DNA from: Candidatus Saccharimonadota bacterium
GTDB lineage: Bacteria > Patescibacteriota > Gracilibacteria > BD1-5 > UBA2023
Assembly: GCA_046350815.1 (NCBI GenBank)
Contig: JAXLZO010000001.1
Span: 1,251,674 to 1,283,673 of the forward strand
Reading direction: 5' to 3'
Length of the DNA stretch: 32,000 nucleotides
A program made the position numbers and the translations under genes. Within the stretch, counting starts at the first letter, position 1; each line of letters opens with the position of its first letter. The notes under the pieces are model-generated. The model did no database searches. It was not told where the DNA came from and worked only from the letters and a program-made list of their open reading frames with translations. Positions 1 through 11,790 of this stretch are shown here, piece after piece.

Positions 1-1715
1 GATAAGGCATAATAAGTACCTCATCAATTCGATTGACCATTGCAAATAAGGCTATCATCAGCCACATCTGATGTCCATAAAACATATGCATGTATGGGAT
101 CTAATGAATTTAATTCAGATTTAGTAAGGCTCTTATTTATTATAGGAATAGAATCATTGGGAAGTTTCGTCCATGATAATTCAGCGGTTCATAATTCATC
201 TCTTGGTTTAGATAAATTATACGCGACAGAATCCCGAGCAAACTTCACAGCAACTTCAATAGTAGGAGGCAAAAATACATATATATTTTTGGTTACAGTA
301 TGCTCACCATTGTTGACATCAATACATGTAAAAACATAGGACTTCATTTGACCAATCTTATAATGACGAATCGGATCATACGATCGCTGAATCCATTCTG
401 GTTTAACGGTAAAATTTGGATACTTATCTTGAGGTACAAATCAACCTGTTGCCGTATAAAAAATATGTGTATCTGATGAGCTATTACCAGTCGTTTCATT
501 CAGAGTTGTTGTGCATGATTTCATACCATTGGCCAACAGGCTCACTTGTATTGGCTGACCACTCATAATTTTATCTCATCCAGCTGAAGTTTGCATAGTT
601 ACAGAAAGCTGTGTCCTAATATATAAACTCACATATGCTTGAGATGATACAGTTCTTGTCTCTGATCCTATTCTTTGAGTATGAAAACATTCAAGAATAT
701 AATCTCTTCTTTTATCAGGAGTAACTTGTTCCATTCATATAGGTTGTTTGGATCCACTCCATCAGCCACCCGATGCTTCGCACGTATCTGCATTCGATGC
801 CATCCATACCAATGTTCGGCTCTCTCAGAGATCCATCTCCGTACTCGTCGTACTTCATGTCATACCGAAGAGTATCGTGGGAGTAGTCGGATGGATAACT
901 TCTATTTGCGGCGTACTTCGAACAATACTATCTCCTTGTAGCGACGTGCAAGAGAGAGTGAAGTAGGTACTACTACGAAGTGGACTACTCGAATACGTAC
1001 CTCCCGTAGCACTCACTGCTCAAGATGTATAACTTCCACTTCCTGTGATTCATGAACATGATCTCAGATTTGCACCAGTCCATGTAAGTGCAACAGTCTG
1101 ACCAGAGAATATCTGCGTTGCCGAGACCTCAAATGTTAGGGAAGGTGGTCATGGGATCATCTCTACACGAATAGTCCGATCTCCGGTATTCGTCCCATCC
1201 AATCATACGCAGCTCATAGTATACGTTTGAGAGATGTTGGATGTTACGGAAGGTACAACGATACTCATACTGCTTCTAACACGTAGCAGACTGCCAGAAT
1301 TTGCACCCAAAGAACTTACATCCCAATCCACACGACACGACCGAACATACTGTGGATTCCACGTGATCGTAAAAGTCTCACCTCAGCGAACCACACGGCT
1401 CGGATCGTTATCAAGACGGTTGCCATCGTTATCATTCGCCTGAAGTGTCAGTGTCGGAGAAGGTGGGGTCACCAAATTTTCAAACTTCTCACAAGCAGGC
1501 GTTCCATCATTCGAAAATCCCATCACCACTCCACCCGTCGCACCCATAAGAGAATCACATGAAGAGTTTAAAATCTTCTGAAACTGAGAAACAATGGGAT
1601 TTCACTGAATATTTGATCCAGTTGGATAAGAGATTATCGGTGTTGCAAAAATTGCATTTGAATAAATCAAACTTATAAGAACTATCAATACTGATAAGGA
1701 TAAATATTTATGCAT
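1..1715 (-). CDS. Secreted repeat-rich surface protein with tandem Ig-like/beta-sandwich modules; the C-terminus lies beyond the window start
   Basis: ATG at 1715-1713. N-terminal signal peptide MHKYLSLSVLIVLISLIYSNAIFA. I checked every codon down to position 3 and found no TAA or TAG, and 15 in-frame TGA by my count. Roughly 90-aa modules recur with the pattern ...TW..N..SC...G...Y.L.C. The standard-code track shows no minus-strand ORF here because of the TGAs. Confidence 0.75.
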
Positions 1716-1736
1716 AAAATTAAATATGATTTAAAG

Positions 1737-3830
1737 TTATTTATTAATATAGTTAGGAAAAACATATTTATCAAATTGAGAAAGTGAATTTAAATCATAC
1801 GTGCTTTTAACATAACCAGAAGATGGTCAATAAACAATTCAATTTCGAAACGATCCATGTGTGCTTGTTCAAAATGCATAGCTTCATATAGAAACAATAC
1901 CATTTCAAAGATTAATAGATTGCAGTTTGTTTTCATAAAAAGCTCAATTTCAAATGGACTCAACCCCATTTGGAATTACTACTCATGTTAAGGAATTATT
2001 TGAGAATGCGGATTCACCAATATAACGAATATTATTTCATAATGAAAGTGATTCAAGTCAATTTCCATAGAATGTATATTTTGGAATAGTATATATGTTA
2101 TCTGGAATATTTAGTGAGGATATGTTATTCGCCATAAATGCTCAATCAGACAAAGTAATACTAGGTCGGCTTAAGAGAACTTGATCAACTGATTTAATAT
2201 TATTCAACTTAAATGCATATTGCCTTATCGTTAAAGGCACCAATGAAGGACGTATAATTAATGAAATATTGAATGACGAAGAAAATGCTCTTTCGTCAAT
2301 GAGTTGGACATTAGTTCAAATAGTTACTCATGAAAAATAATTAGCTGCAAACGCTTTTGTTCCGATATATTTAACACTATCTGGAATTACCAAATCTCAA
2401 CTCAAATGTGCACCACGGAATGCTTCTTTTCAAATCCATACAAGACTAGATGGAAGAATGATCGAGTCAAATCATAAAAGGTCAGAAAAAGCATCATCTC
2501 CAATAGAAACAATTGGATATCACTCAACTAACGATGGGAATCTAAGTGTTATGGATGATGCTCCACATAATAAATTCCCATATTGATTTTGTGGCGCAGA
2601 ATCAATATGTACACCAATTGTTGAAGAAGACTTATTGATCCAATAAGAACTCCGACCATCAGTAGGGGAAATGTAATCAACAAAGCTATACGTAAAACAT
2701 CGTGGATCAATAAAACTACACTGACCATCATTACAACTGACCGTAGCACCACCTTGAGCATCATTTTGACATGTCAATCATCCATTTTGAGGTGTTGGAT
2801 TCGTACAGGTACGAGTTTTGGTGCAACTCGTCTGACATGCACCAAAACTTGACCAACCACCAGGAATAGGTGGAGGTGTCACAGTCACTGAAACACTTTT
2901 TTGCATTTGGCGACCAGCATCATCGGAACAAGTGATACGATAGGTGGAAGTTGTTGTTGGATTGATCAAAGCAGATCATGAGGCACTTCCATTGACCGCA
3001 AAGGCATCACTCGTCGTACAGCTCGTGAGATTTCCAGCTTGCCATGCAAGTGTGACTGGATCTCATGGGGCAATATTTGATGGTGTGGCAGTAAAGTTAA
3101 TATACGGATCACTGGAGCCAGGACAGCTACCTGCGGACATCAATGAACTCGCCACAACGCATTTTGGTTTACCATTTGCCTCAAAACCAACAATCACCTC
3201 ATTGCTCGAGCATTTTCCTATTTCTCATCCAAGATTCGAGAGATAGTTACCAAAAATTCCTCATGTAGATTCGCCACCTGGATTCATTGTAGGCCATACA
3301 ATACCACCACCAATTGCTCAGATAGATGCTGTGTTCATTGTCTGAGATACGGTTGATCCATCTGTACCAGAACAAGAGAGAGTATAGGAGCTACCATTCG
3401 CAGGAACATCAATACTTCATCCAGTAGCAGTCGTTGAAATGCCAGAGATAGAACACTGCGTGGTATTCTCAGATGACCAAATCAAACGAATTTTGGATGA
3501 TACAGGACTACTACCAAATGTAAAATCAAGTTTTGGGTAAGAGTTAGTAGCTGGACATAGACCAAAATTTGCTACAGATATGAGTGAGTTTGCATTCGCA
3601 CATTCCTTTATGCCCGTTGCTTTGTTAATAGCGACAAGTACTTTATTTCCATCACATCTCCCGAGAAGATTCTGAAAATATGTCTTGAGTACACCACCAG
3701 GCACCTCTCAAGTGGGTGGATGGTTGGGCCATGAAGTACTCGCGGTTGCTGCAAATGCAATAATACTCATCATAAGGACGACAAGAAAAACGGTACTTAT
3801 TCTTCCTATTATCTGAAAAAAACGCTTCAT
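1737..3830 (-). CDS. Secreted 697-aa protein: signal peptide, Cys-containing beta modules, a thrombospondin type-1-like Cys module, and C-terminal BspA-type (LRR_5-like) leucine-rich repeats
   Basis: ATG at 3830, TAA at 1739-1737. It joins track ORFs 3417-3704, 2778-2969 and 2520-2777, which share one frame. I checked the remainder codon by codon: about 25 in-frame TGA and no TAA or TAG. N-terminus MKRFFQIIGRISTVFLVVLMMSIIAFAA. The C-terminal half has repeats such as IPDSVKYIGTKAF, IPDNIYTIPKYTF and IPNGVESIGNGAF, typical of BspA-like LRRs. Confidence 0.8.
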
Positions 3831-3891
3831 ACAAATATGGAATATACGATCAATATGGAATCATTGTACTGAAGAAAAAAAATGAAACAAT

Positions 3892-3920
3892 AAAAATACG
3901 TGGATATCCACGTATTTTTT
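3892..3920 (-). terminator. Intrinsic terminator downstream of rpoC
   Basis: Perfect palindrome AAAAATACGTGGATATCCACGTATTTTT, a GC-containing stem flanked by A and T runs. It lies 19 nt after the rpoC stop. Confidence 0.7.
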
Positions 3921-3938
3921 ATTGCTATGGGAATAAGA

Positions 3939-6900
3939 CTAAAGGGAAATATATTCATCTTCACCTGCGTCATCAAATGCAGCAACTAATTCACCACTAT
4001 CCAAATCATCATCACCTACCGATTCAATCGCCATAGGACCGTCATAAACGGTTTCTGGAAGATAGTATGGAGTTTCCTCGAGATCTTCTTGACCAAAGTA
4101 TTCACCGACATTTCGATTATTCTGAAAATAATCAAGAGTTGGAATAAGTCGACCAATGATCACATTTTCTTTGAGACCTTCCAGTTTATCAATCTTTCGA
4201 GCTGTTGAAGCCTCAACCAACACACGAACCGTTTCTTGGAACGATGCAGATGAGAGCCAACTTTCCGTAAAGAGAGAAATCTTCGTGAGACCAAGAAGAA
4301 GTCGAGTACCAATTGCCTGACGTTTCTCATCTTGCATGAGATTGTTGTTTTGTTTTTTGAACTCAATTACATCAACAATGTCACCAGGAAAGAATGTTGA
4401 ATCACCAGCATTCGTAATCTTTACCTTTGAGAACATCTGACGAACAATGAGCTCAATATGCTTTGAATTTACCGTCTGACCCTGAGATGCATAGATCTCT
4501 TTGATGTCATTAACAATATAGAGTTCTGTCGAGAGAGGATCAGTAAGTTCCATGAGTCGCTGAAGGTTGATATGTCCTTCTGTCAGTTTGGATCCAACCT
4601 TTACGGATTCCCCTTCTTTCACAAGGATAGAGCGAGATGCATCGATAGAATATTCGATCGTGCGAGGTGCCTCATCAACTATCACAATCGTATGCTTCGA
4701 TACCTCTTGAATGATACCAGTATGCTCAGAGAGGAGTTTACCTTTATGTTCTGTAGATCGAGCAAGTGCTTGACGGGGGTCAATATGAGCTCATTTCTTC
4801 ACAACAACTGAGTATGTATCATCAGGAATATAATATTCATAACGATTCACTTCATCAGCCTTGATAGTCACAATAACAACCTGTCAATCATAGCGAAGTC
4901 CAACGACCTTTCCGGTCAACTCAGACATAACCGCTTCACCCTTTGGTGCGCGTGCCTCAAGAAGTTCTTCTACACGAGTAAGACCCACCGTGATATCACC
5001 ACCTTGTGTCGCAACTCAACCCGAATGGTATGTACGCATCGTGAGCTGTGTACCTGGCTCACCAATAGACTGAGCTGCAATAATACCTACTGGAGTACCC
5101 ATGATCGCTCGAGCATTCGAAGAAAGATCGAGACCATAACATTTTTGACATACACCCTCTGCCGTCTCACAAGTGAGAATCGATCGAACGTGTACCTCAG
5201 GGATCTCATGTTCGTTGAGTATAGCAAGAATTTCCTTCGTAACCAACTCCCCAGATGGAACAAGTACCTGTCCATGAAGCATAATATCACGAGCAACATG
5301 CTTTCCTTTGATTTTATCATCAAATGATTCTCGGAACACAGATTTTGAGAGCTCTCGAGTTACTGTCTCATATTGGAGAGTTCCACAATCTTCTTCACGA
5401 ATGAGAATATTTTGAGCAGCATCGACGAGACGACGTGTCAAATAACCAGATTGTGCTGTCTTGAGCGCCGTATCTGCCTTACCTTTACGACCGGAATGCG
5501 TATTGATAAAATACTCAAGCACTGAAAGACCTTCTTTATAGTTACCCTTAACTGGAAGCTCGATAGTTTTACCAGTTGGAGATGCTACCAATCATTTCAT
5601 TCCACACATCTGAGCAACGTTACCCCAATCTCAACGTGCACCAGAATCAATGAGATTGAAGATGGAGTTTTGTTGATTGAACGATGTTTTCATCTCAGCG
5701 GAAACCTGATTTTTTACGATATTCCACACCTTGATAGTCTGTTCATATCGTTCTTTGTCAGTCAGAAGACCATGCCAGTAAGCACGCTGAATAAGCTTGA
5801 TTTTATCTTCCCCATGTCGTACAAGATCATCTTTGTTTGCCGGAGTAAACATGTCAGATTTTGAGATTGAAAGACCAGAAACAGTTGCATATTTAAAGCC
5901 TGTATTCTTGATACGATCAGCAAAGAATGCTGTCTCTTCGCCACCCTTAAGATCAAAAGATCGAGAGAGAAGTTTTTTAAGAGCTTTTTTATTGAGGGTC
6001 TCATTCACAAACCCAAGAATAGGATCAACAACCTCATTGAACAAGACACGACCATATGTTGTCTCAAGAATCACACCTTCGATACGAATCTTGATAGGCA
6101 TATGGAAGGTAATAACTCCGTTGTCATACGCCATGGTTGCATCTTCCTTGTTCGCAAAAACATGCTTTGCCTCCGTATCTTCATCCTTTCGAGTCAAATA
6201 GTAACACCCAAGTACCATATCCTGTGAAGGTGATACGATCGGTTCACCATTTGATGGATTGAGTATGTTCTTCGAAGTAACCATGAGTCGCGCTGCCTCC
6301 TCCTGTGCTTCATCAGTTATTGGTACATGTACCGCCATCTGATCACCATCAAAATCGGCATTAAACGCACCACAACAAAGTGGATGAAGTTGAATTGCTT
6401 TTCCTTCGATGAGCCGTGGACGGAAAGCTTGAATACCAAGACGATGAAGTGTCGGAGCACGATTGAGAAGTACATGTTTACTTTTAATTACCTCATCAAG
6501 TGCATCCCACACCTCTCGTCCACCATCTTCGATAATTTTCTCGGCCATTTTCGGGGTAAATGCAACTTCATCTTCGATAAGTTTTCCGATAACAAAAGGC
6601 TTGAAGAGCGTGAGTGCCATAGATTTTGGCAATCCACATTCGTTCATCTTAAGTGTTGGACCTACGACGATTACTGAACGACCAGAGTAGTCAACTCGCT
6701 TACCGAGAAGGTTCTGGCGGAATCGACCTTGTTTTCCCTTGAGAATATCTGCGAGGGATTTGAGCTTCTTACGATTTGCTGCAGTGTAACCTGGACGATT
6801 TGAGCGAACATCACCACTAATAAGTGTATCAATAGACTCCTGAAGCATACGCTTCTCATTCTTGAGAATCACATCCGGAGCACCAAGTTGAGTTAGTTTT

Positions 6901-8015
6901 CTCAGACGATTGTTTCGATTGATAACGCGACGATAGAGATCATTGAGATCAGACGAAGCATATCGTCCACCATCAAGCTGAATCATTGGTCGAAGATCCG
7001 GCGGAAGAATTTGGAGTGCTTCAAGGATAAACTGTCCTGGTTTTTGATCAGATTTAAAGAGAGAAGATGCAAGCTTCAATTTTTGAAGAATTTTCTTCTG
7101 ACGAGATTTTGGAGCAGCCTTAAGTTCTGCTTGGTTTTCCGCTATGAAAGCACGAAGATCAATGCGATCAAGGAGAATCTTGATATACTCAGCACCCGTT
7201 CCACCCTTGAATACATGAGGGAACTTATCATAGAGATGACGATAGTCCAATTCACCAATGACGACCGCTGGAGCGAGATCTTTAAGGAGTGTTTTAAGAC
7301 CTTGATACTCTGCTTCAAGTACATCGAGTTGAGACATGAGACCAGCCTCAACTTCTGAGAACATCTTCTTTGTAATCGCTTTTTCCTCGAGTTTGAGTTT
7401 TGCCTCAGAGAGAGATGATTGGATTTTTCTCTGGAGCTCCGTCTTGTGAGTTTTATAGGCATTATCCAAATTTGAAAGAGCCTCATCACGCTTATCCTCA
7501 TAAACATCAGTGATGATATAGCTCGCAAAATAGACAACTTGGTCGAGCTTCTTTGCAGAAACATCAAGAAGAAGGCCAATACGTGAAGGAACGGATTTGA
7601 GATACCAAATATGGACAACTGGAGCCGCAAGTTCAATATGACCAGTTCGTTGGCGTCGCACTTGTGATGTCGTAACCTCTACTCCACAACGCTCACAAAT
7701 CACACCCTTATATCGAATACGCTTGTATTTACCACAAGCACATTCGTAATTCTTGCGAGGACCAAAAATTTGTTCACAGAAGAGACCACCACGTTCAGGT
7801 CTTTGAGTACGATAGTTGATCGTCTCAGAGATGAGAACTTCACCATAGGAAAGGGAGCGAACTTCTTCTTTTGAAGAGAGCCCAATCGCAATACCCACAA
7901 GATTATCAAGAGTTTTACCTGCAGTAATATCCTTCTTACCAGCATTTTTTCCAATCTGTGTATAATCGGTGATTTTATCATTGAGGAGATTCTCGAGAAG
8001 CTTATCAGAAAACAT
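3939..8015 (-). CDS. rpoC: DNA-directed RNA polymerase subunit beta' (1358 aa)
   Basis: It joins track ORFs 5631-8015, 5016-5591 and 3939-4685, plus the interval 4686-5015, all in one frame. Motifs present: Zn finger [23 protein letters not shown], the catalytic loop [12 protein letters not shown], and [15 protein letters not shown]. There are five in-frame TGA, three of them at invariant Gly positions: DSGAR-G (5631-5633), GMK-G-L (5592-5594) and YHSG-G-VA (5016-5018). Confidence 0.97.
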
Positions 8016-8036
8016 AGATTTTGAGAAATGAGAAAA

Positions 8037-11000
8037 CTAAACTTCATCACTGAGTGCACCAGATGTCACTGGAATAGCCGCACTTTCCTTGTTATCACCC
8101 GTTGGAATATCGACTTCAATATCAAATTGTCCCTCAAGGCGTTCGAGCTCATCATAGCGAGCTGCTTGTTCTGTCTCAATCGTTTCAATTCCTTCTTTAT
8201 CGAGAAGTTCGATCTGAAGATTAAGTGCCTGGAGTTCACGCAACAATACATTGAATGATTCTGGCATATTTGGACGCTTGATTGGCTTCTTTTTCACAAC
8301 CGCTTCATATGCCTGAGCACGACCATTGATGTCATCAGACTTGATCGTGAGCATTTCCTGAAGGATATTTGCCGCACCATATCATTCGAGAGCCCACACT
8401 TCCATTTCTCCGAGACGCTGACCACCACGTTGAGCTTTACCTCCGAGTGGCTGTTGTGTTACCATCGAATAAGGACCGACGCTACGAGCATGGATTTTAT
8501 CTTCAACAAGGTGATGAAGCTTGAGCATATAGGTGAGACCTACAAATGTTCTCTCCTTAAATGGTTCGCCCGTTCGACCATCGAAGAGTTGAGTCTTTCC
8601 ATCACTATCAATACCAGCTTCTTCCATAAGCTTATCGATCTGCTCGATAGAGAGACCATTAAGTACTGGGGTCGCTACCTTAATACCGAGTTTTTTCGCT
8701 GCGAGACCGAGGTGTGCCTCAAGAATCTGTCCAATATTCATACGAGATATGACACCATGTGGATTGAGCACAATATCAATAGGCGTTCCGTCTGCCATAT
8801 GTGGCATATCTTCCAGAGCCATGATACGAGAGACAATACCCTTGTTTCCATGACGACCCGCCATCTTATCACCAACCTCAATTTTTCGAGTTTGAGCTAC
8901 GAATACTTTCACTTCTTCGAATACACCGGTCGAGAGACTATCCCCATTCTCACGACGAAGAATATGAACACCGATAACCTTACCAGATGTTCCGATAGGC
9001 ATAACCAGTGATGAATCCTTTACATCCTTTGACTTGTCACCAAAGATAGCTCGAAGGAGACGCTCTTCAGGAGAGAGTTCCATTTCACCCTTTGGAGTAA
9101 CTTTACCAACGAGAATATCACCAGCCTCAACCGTACTACCAACTCGAATAATACCATTTTCATCAAGATTTCGAAGCTTTGTTGCTGATACATTTGGAAT
9201 ATCAGAAGTTGTCTGCTCAGGGCCAAGTTTCGTCTCACGAACATCCATGATGTACTCAGTAATGTGCACTGATGTATAGTAGTCATCCTGCATAACACGA
9301 GAAGAGAGGATGATTGAATCCTCAAAATTATAACCACCCCATGGCATATATGCTACAACGAGATTGCGACCAATCGCAAGTTCACCATCTTCAATAGATT
9401 GACCATCAGCAAGAATATCACCCGGCTCGATTCGCTGACCAGCGGAAACGAGTGGCTTTTGATGAACGAGCATATCATGATTTGATCGCTCAAAAGTCAT
9501 GAGCTCATGAGTCACTTTCTGGCCATTATCATAGATAACAGTGATATGTTTGCCATCTACTCCAATAACTTGTCCATGATCGATTGCCTTGATCACATAC
9601 CCAGAAGCCTCACCAATTTGTCGCTCCATACCAGTACCTACCACCGGCGCCTCAGCACGAATGAGTGGAACTGCCTGTCGCATCATGTTTGTCGCCATTT
9701 CCGCACGAGTTGCATCATCATGTTCCAAGAATGGAATAAGAGAAGATGATTCAGAGAATATTTGCTTTGGAGAGATATCAATATGTGTTACCTGACGAAG
9801 GTGCTCTGTTGTTGCTTCAAAGTGGCGACGAGCAGCTACGCGAGTCTCAAGGAAATTCCCATGTTCATCAACAGGAGCATTTGCCTCCGCAATGATAAGA
9901 TCCTTCTCTTCATATGCATCAAAATACTCAACGGTATCAGTAAGATAGGCTCTCACCCAAAGTTCTTCATGAGGATATCGAGATTTGATCTCCTGCGCAA
10001 TCTCTGCTGTAATGAGCATCTTTTCATCGATAATCATCTCGCCCTTTGCATCCAAGAGAGCCTCTCGAGTCACACGATGTACTGACGATATTCCATCATT
10101 TACGACACTATGACCGAGCTTACGAAATGGAGTTGTAATAAATCCATATTTATCGACGCGTGCATAGCTCGCAAAGTGAAGTACGAGACCGATATTCTGA
10201 CCTTCTGGAGTTGCAAGAGGACAGATTCGACCATACTGTGTCGGATGAATATCACGAACCTCGAACCCAGCACGTTCTCTCGTGAGACCACCATTACCGA
10301 GGGCAGTCAGACGACGCTTGTTAGCAAGCTCTGAGAGGGGATTTGACTGATCCATAAACTGAGAGAGCTGCGAAGTACCAAAGAACTCCTTGAGTACTGC
10401 GGTCACTGGACGAGCATTAATAAATGTACCTGGTGTTGCATCATCAAGTTCAAGTATTGTCATACGATCCTTTGCAATCTTCTCAAGACGAGTAATACCC
10501 ACCTTAATACGATCAGATACAAGCTCACCAACCGATCGCACACGACGATTTTCAAGATGATCAATGTCATCAACACTAAACCCAGGAAGACGAAGCTGAA
10601 GACTCATCAGATATTTGAGACCTTCAACAAGATCTGCAAGTTGCAAGAATCGTCCGTCACCCTCATAGGCAATATCAACACCAAATTTTCTCTTGATCTT
10701 CATACGAGCTACCTCACCAAGATCGAATTTCTTGATATCAAAGAATGTTGTTGCAAAGAGTTGCTCAACACGTTCATCAGTACCAAGATCACCTGGGCGA
10801 ATAAGTTTGTAGAGAGCATAGAGAGCCTCAAGACGAGATTTTGTTTTATCCTTCTCAATAGTCGGACCAATATGTTTCGAGAGAAACTCAGGATTTCCAG
10901 AGAATGCCTGAATAATCTCAGCATCAGATTCAAGTCCATGAGCACGAAGAAGAACCGTAACAGGGATCTTACGCTTCTTGTCGACTTTTACCATAATAGC

Positions 11001-11612
11001 ACCCTTTTTCTCGATCTCAACCTCAAACCAAGACCCCTTTGCTGGTATAATCTTCATTGCGAAAGAACCAGGAGTCTTTGGATCATTCACCATGAAAATA
11101 CCGTTCGAACGGATAATCTGATTGACGATAACACGCTCAACACCATTCACGATAAATGTACCTTGCTCAGTCATAAGTGGGATACCACCCATATAAACCT
11201 CTTGCTCCTTGATCTCACCAGAAACCTTATTCAGCATTTCAAACTTTGCTTTGAAAGGTGCTTCGTAATTGAGATTTTTTCTCTTACACTCAGAAATCGA
11301 ATACTTTGGTTCTTCGATAGAGAGACTCTTGTAATAGATAGAAACCTTTTCACCAGAAAAATCATCAATCGGGAATGCATCAACAAACGCCTGATTGAGG
11401 AGATGATCAAGAAAGTATTTATAGCTCTCGAGTTGAACTTCAATCATTTCTGGAAGTTCAATAATCGATCGGTCATCGCTAAAGAAATATCGACCTCGTA
11501 TGTGGTAGAGACCACCAAGTCGAGGATCAAGATCACTCTCACGAATCTGAGCTGGAACATGTATAGACTCTTGGGTTCGAGCCTTGTACGTACGCGGAGA
11601 CTTTGGAGCCAT
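8037..11612 (-). CDS. rpoB: DNA-directed RNA polymerase subunit beta (1191 aa)
   Basis: Track ORFs 8382-11612 and 8037-8354 share a frame and are joined by one TGA (8382-8384) inside GEMEVWALE[10 protein letters not shown]. Unmistakable beta-subunit sequence runs throughout, for example [12 protein letters not shown] and the C-terminal ...[11 protein letters not shown]. The stop is TAG at 8039-8037, and rpoC starts 21 nt downstream. Confidence 0.97.
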
Positions 11613-11641
11613 GGAATGCTTCGAGTTTATATACTAAAAAA

Positions 11642-11680
11642 TTTGTTCACCGCAACAATTACTCAAAAAAGGTGAACAAG
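11642..11680 (-). promoter_or_regulatory. Hairpin plus T-run in the rpoB leader (attenuator-like)
   Basis: On the minus strand: CTTGTTCACC, a 19-nt loop, GGTGAACAA, then ATTTTTT. The element ends about 30 nt upstream of the rpoB ATG. The stem is 9 bp. Confidence 0.35.
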
Positions 11681-11790
11681 GACGGGGGAAGTATAGGGAG
11701 AAAGGTCAGAAAGTAAAACAAATTGTCAATCAAAAATCTTTGCAAAAGTGAAAATGATATGAGACAATGCAAGCAAAATAATATGTTAAG

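Noticed and set aside
10557-11675. A 372-aa plus-strand ORF in the track, plus others such as 8430-9011, 5797-6201, 7011-7358 and 5004-5327
   Set aside because: They lie antisense to, or off-frame within, the highly conserved rpoB and rpoC coding sequence. Their translations are low-complexity and match no recognisable family. They are expected by chance opposite long ORFs in AT-rich DNA.
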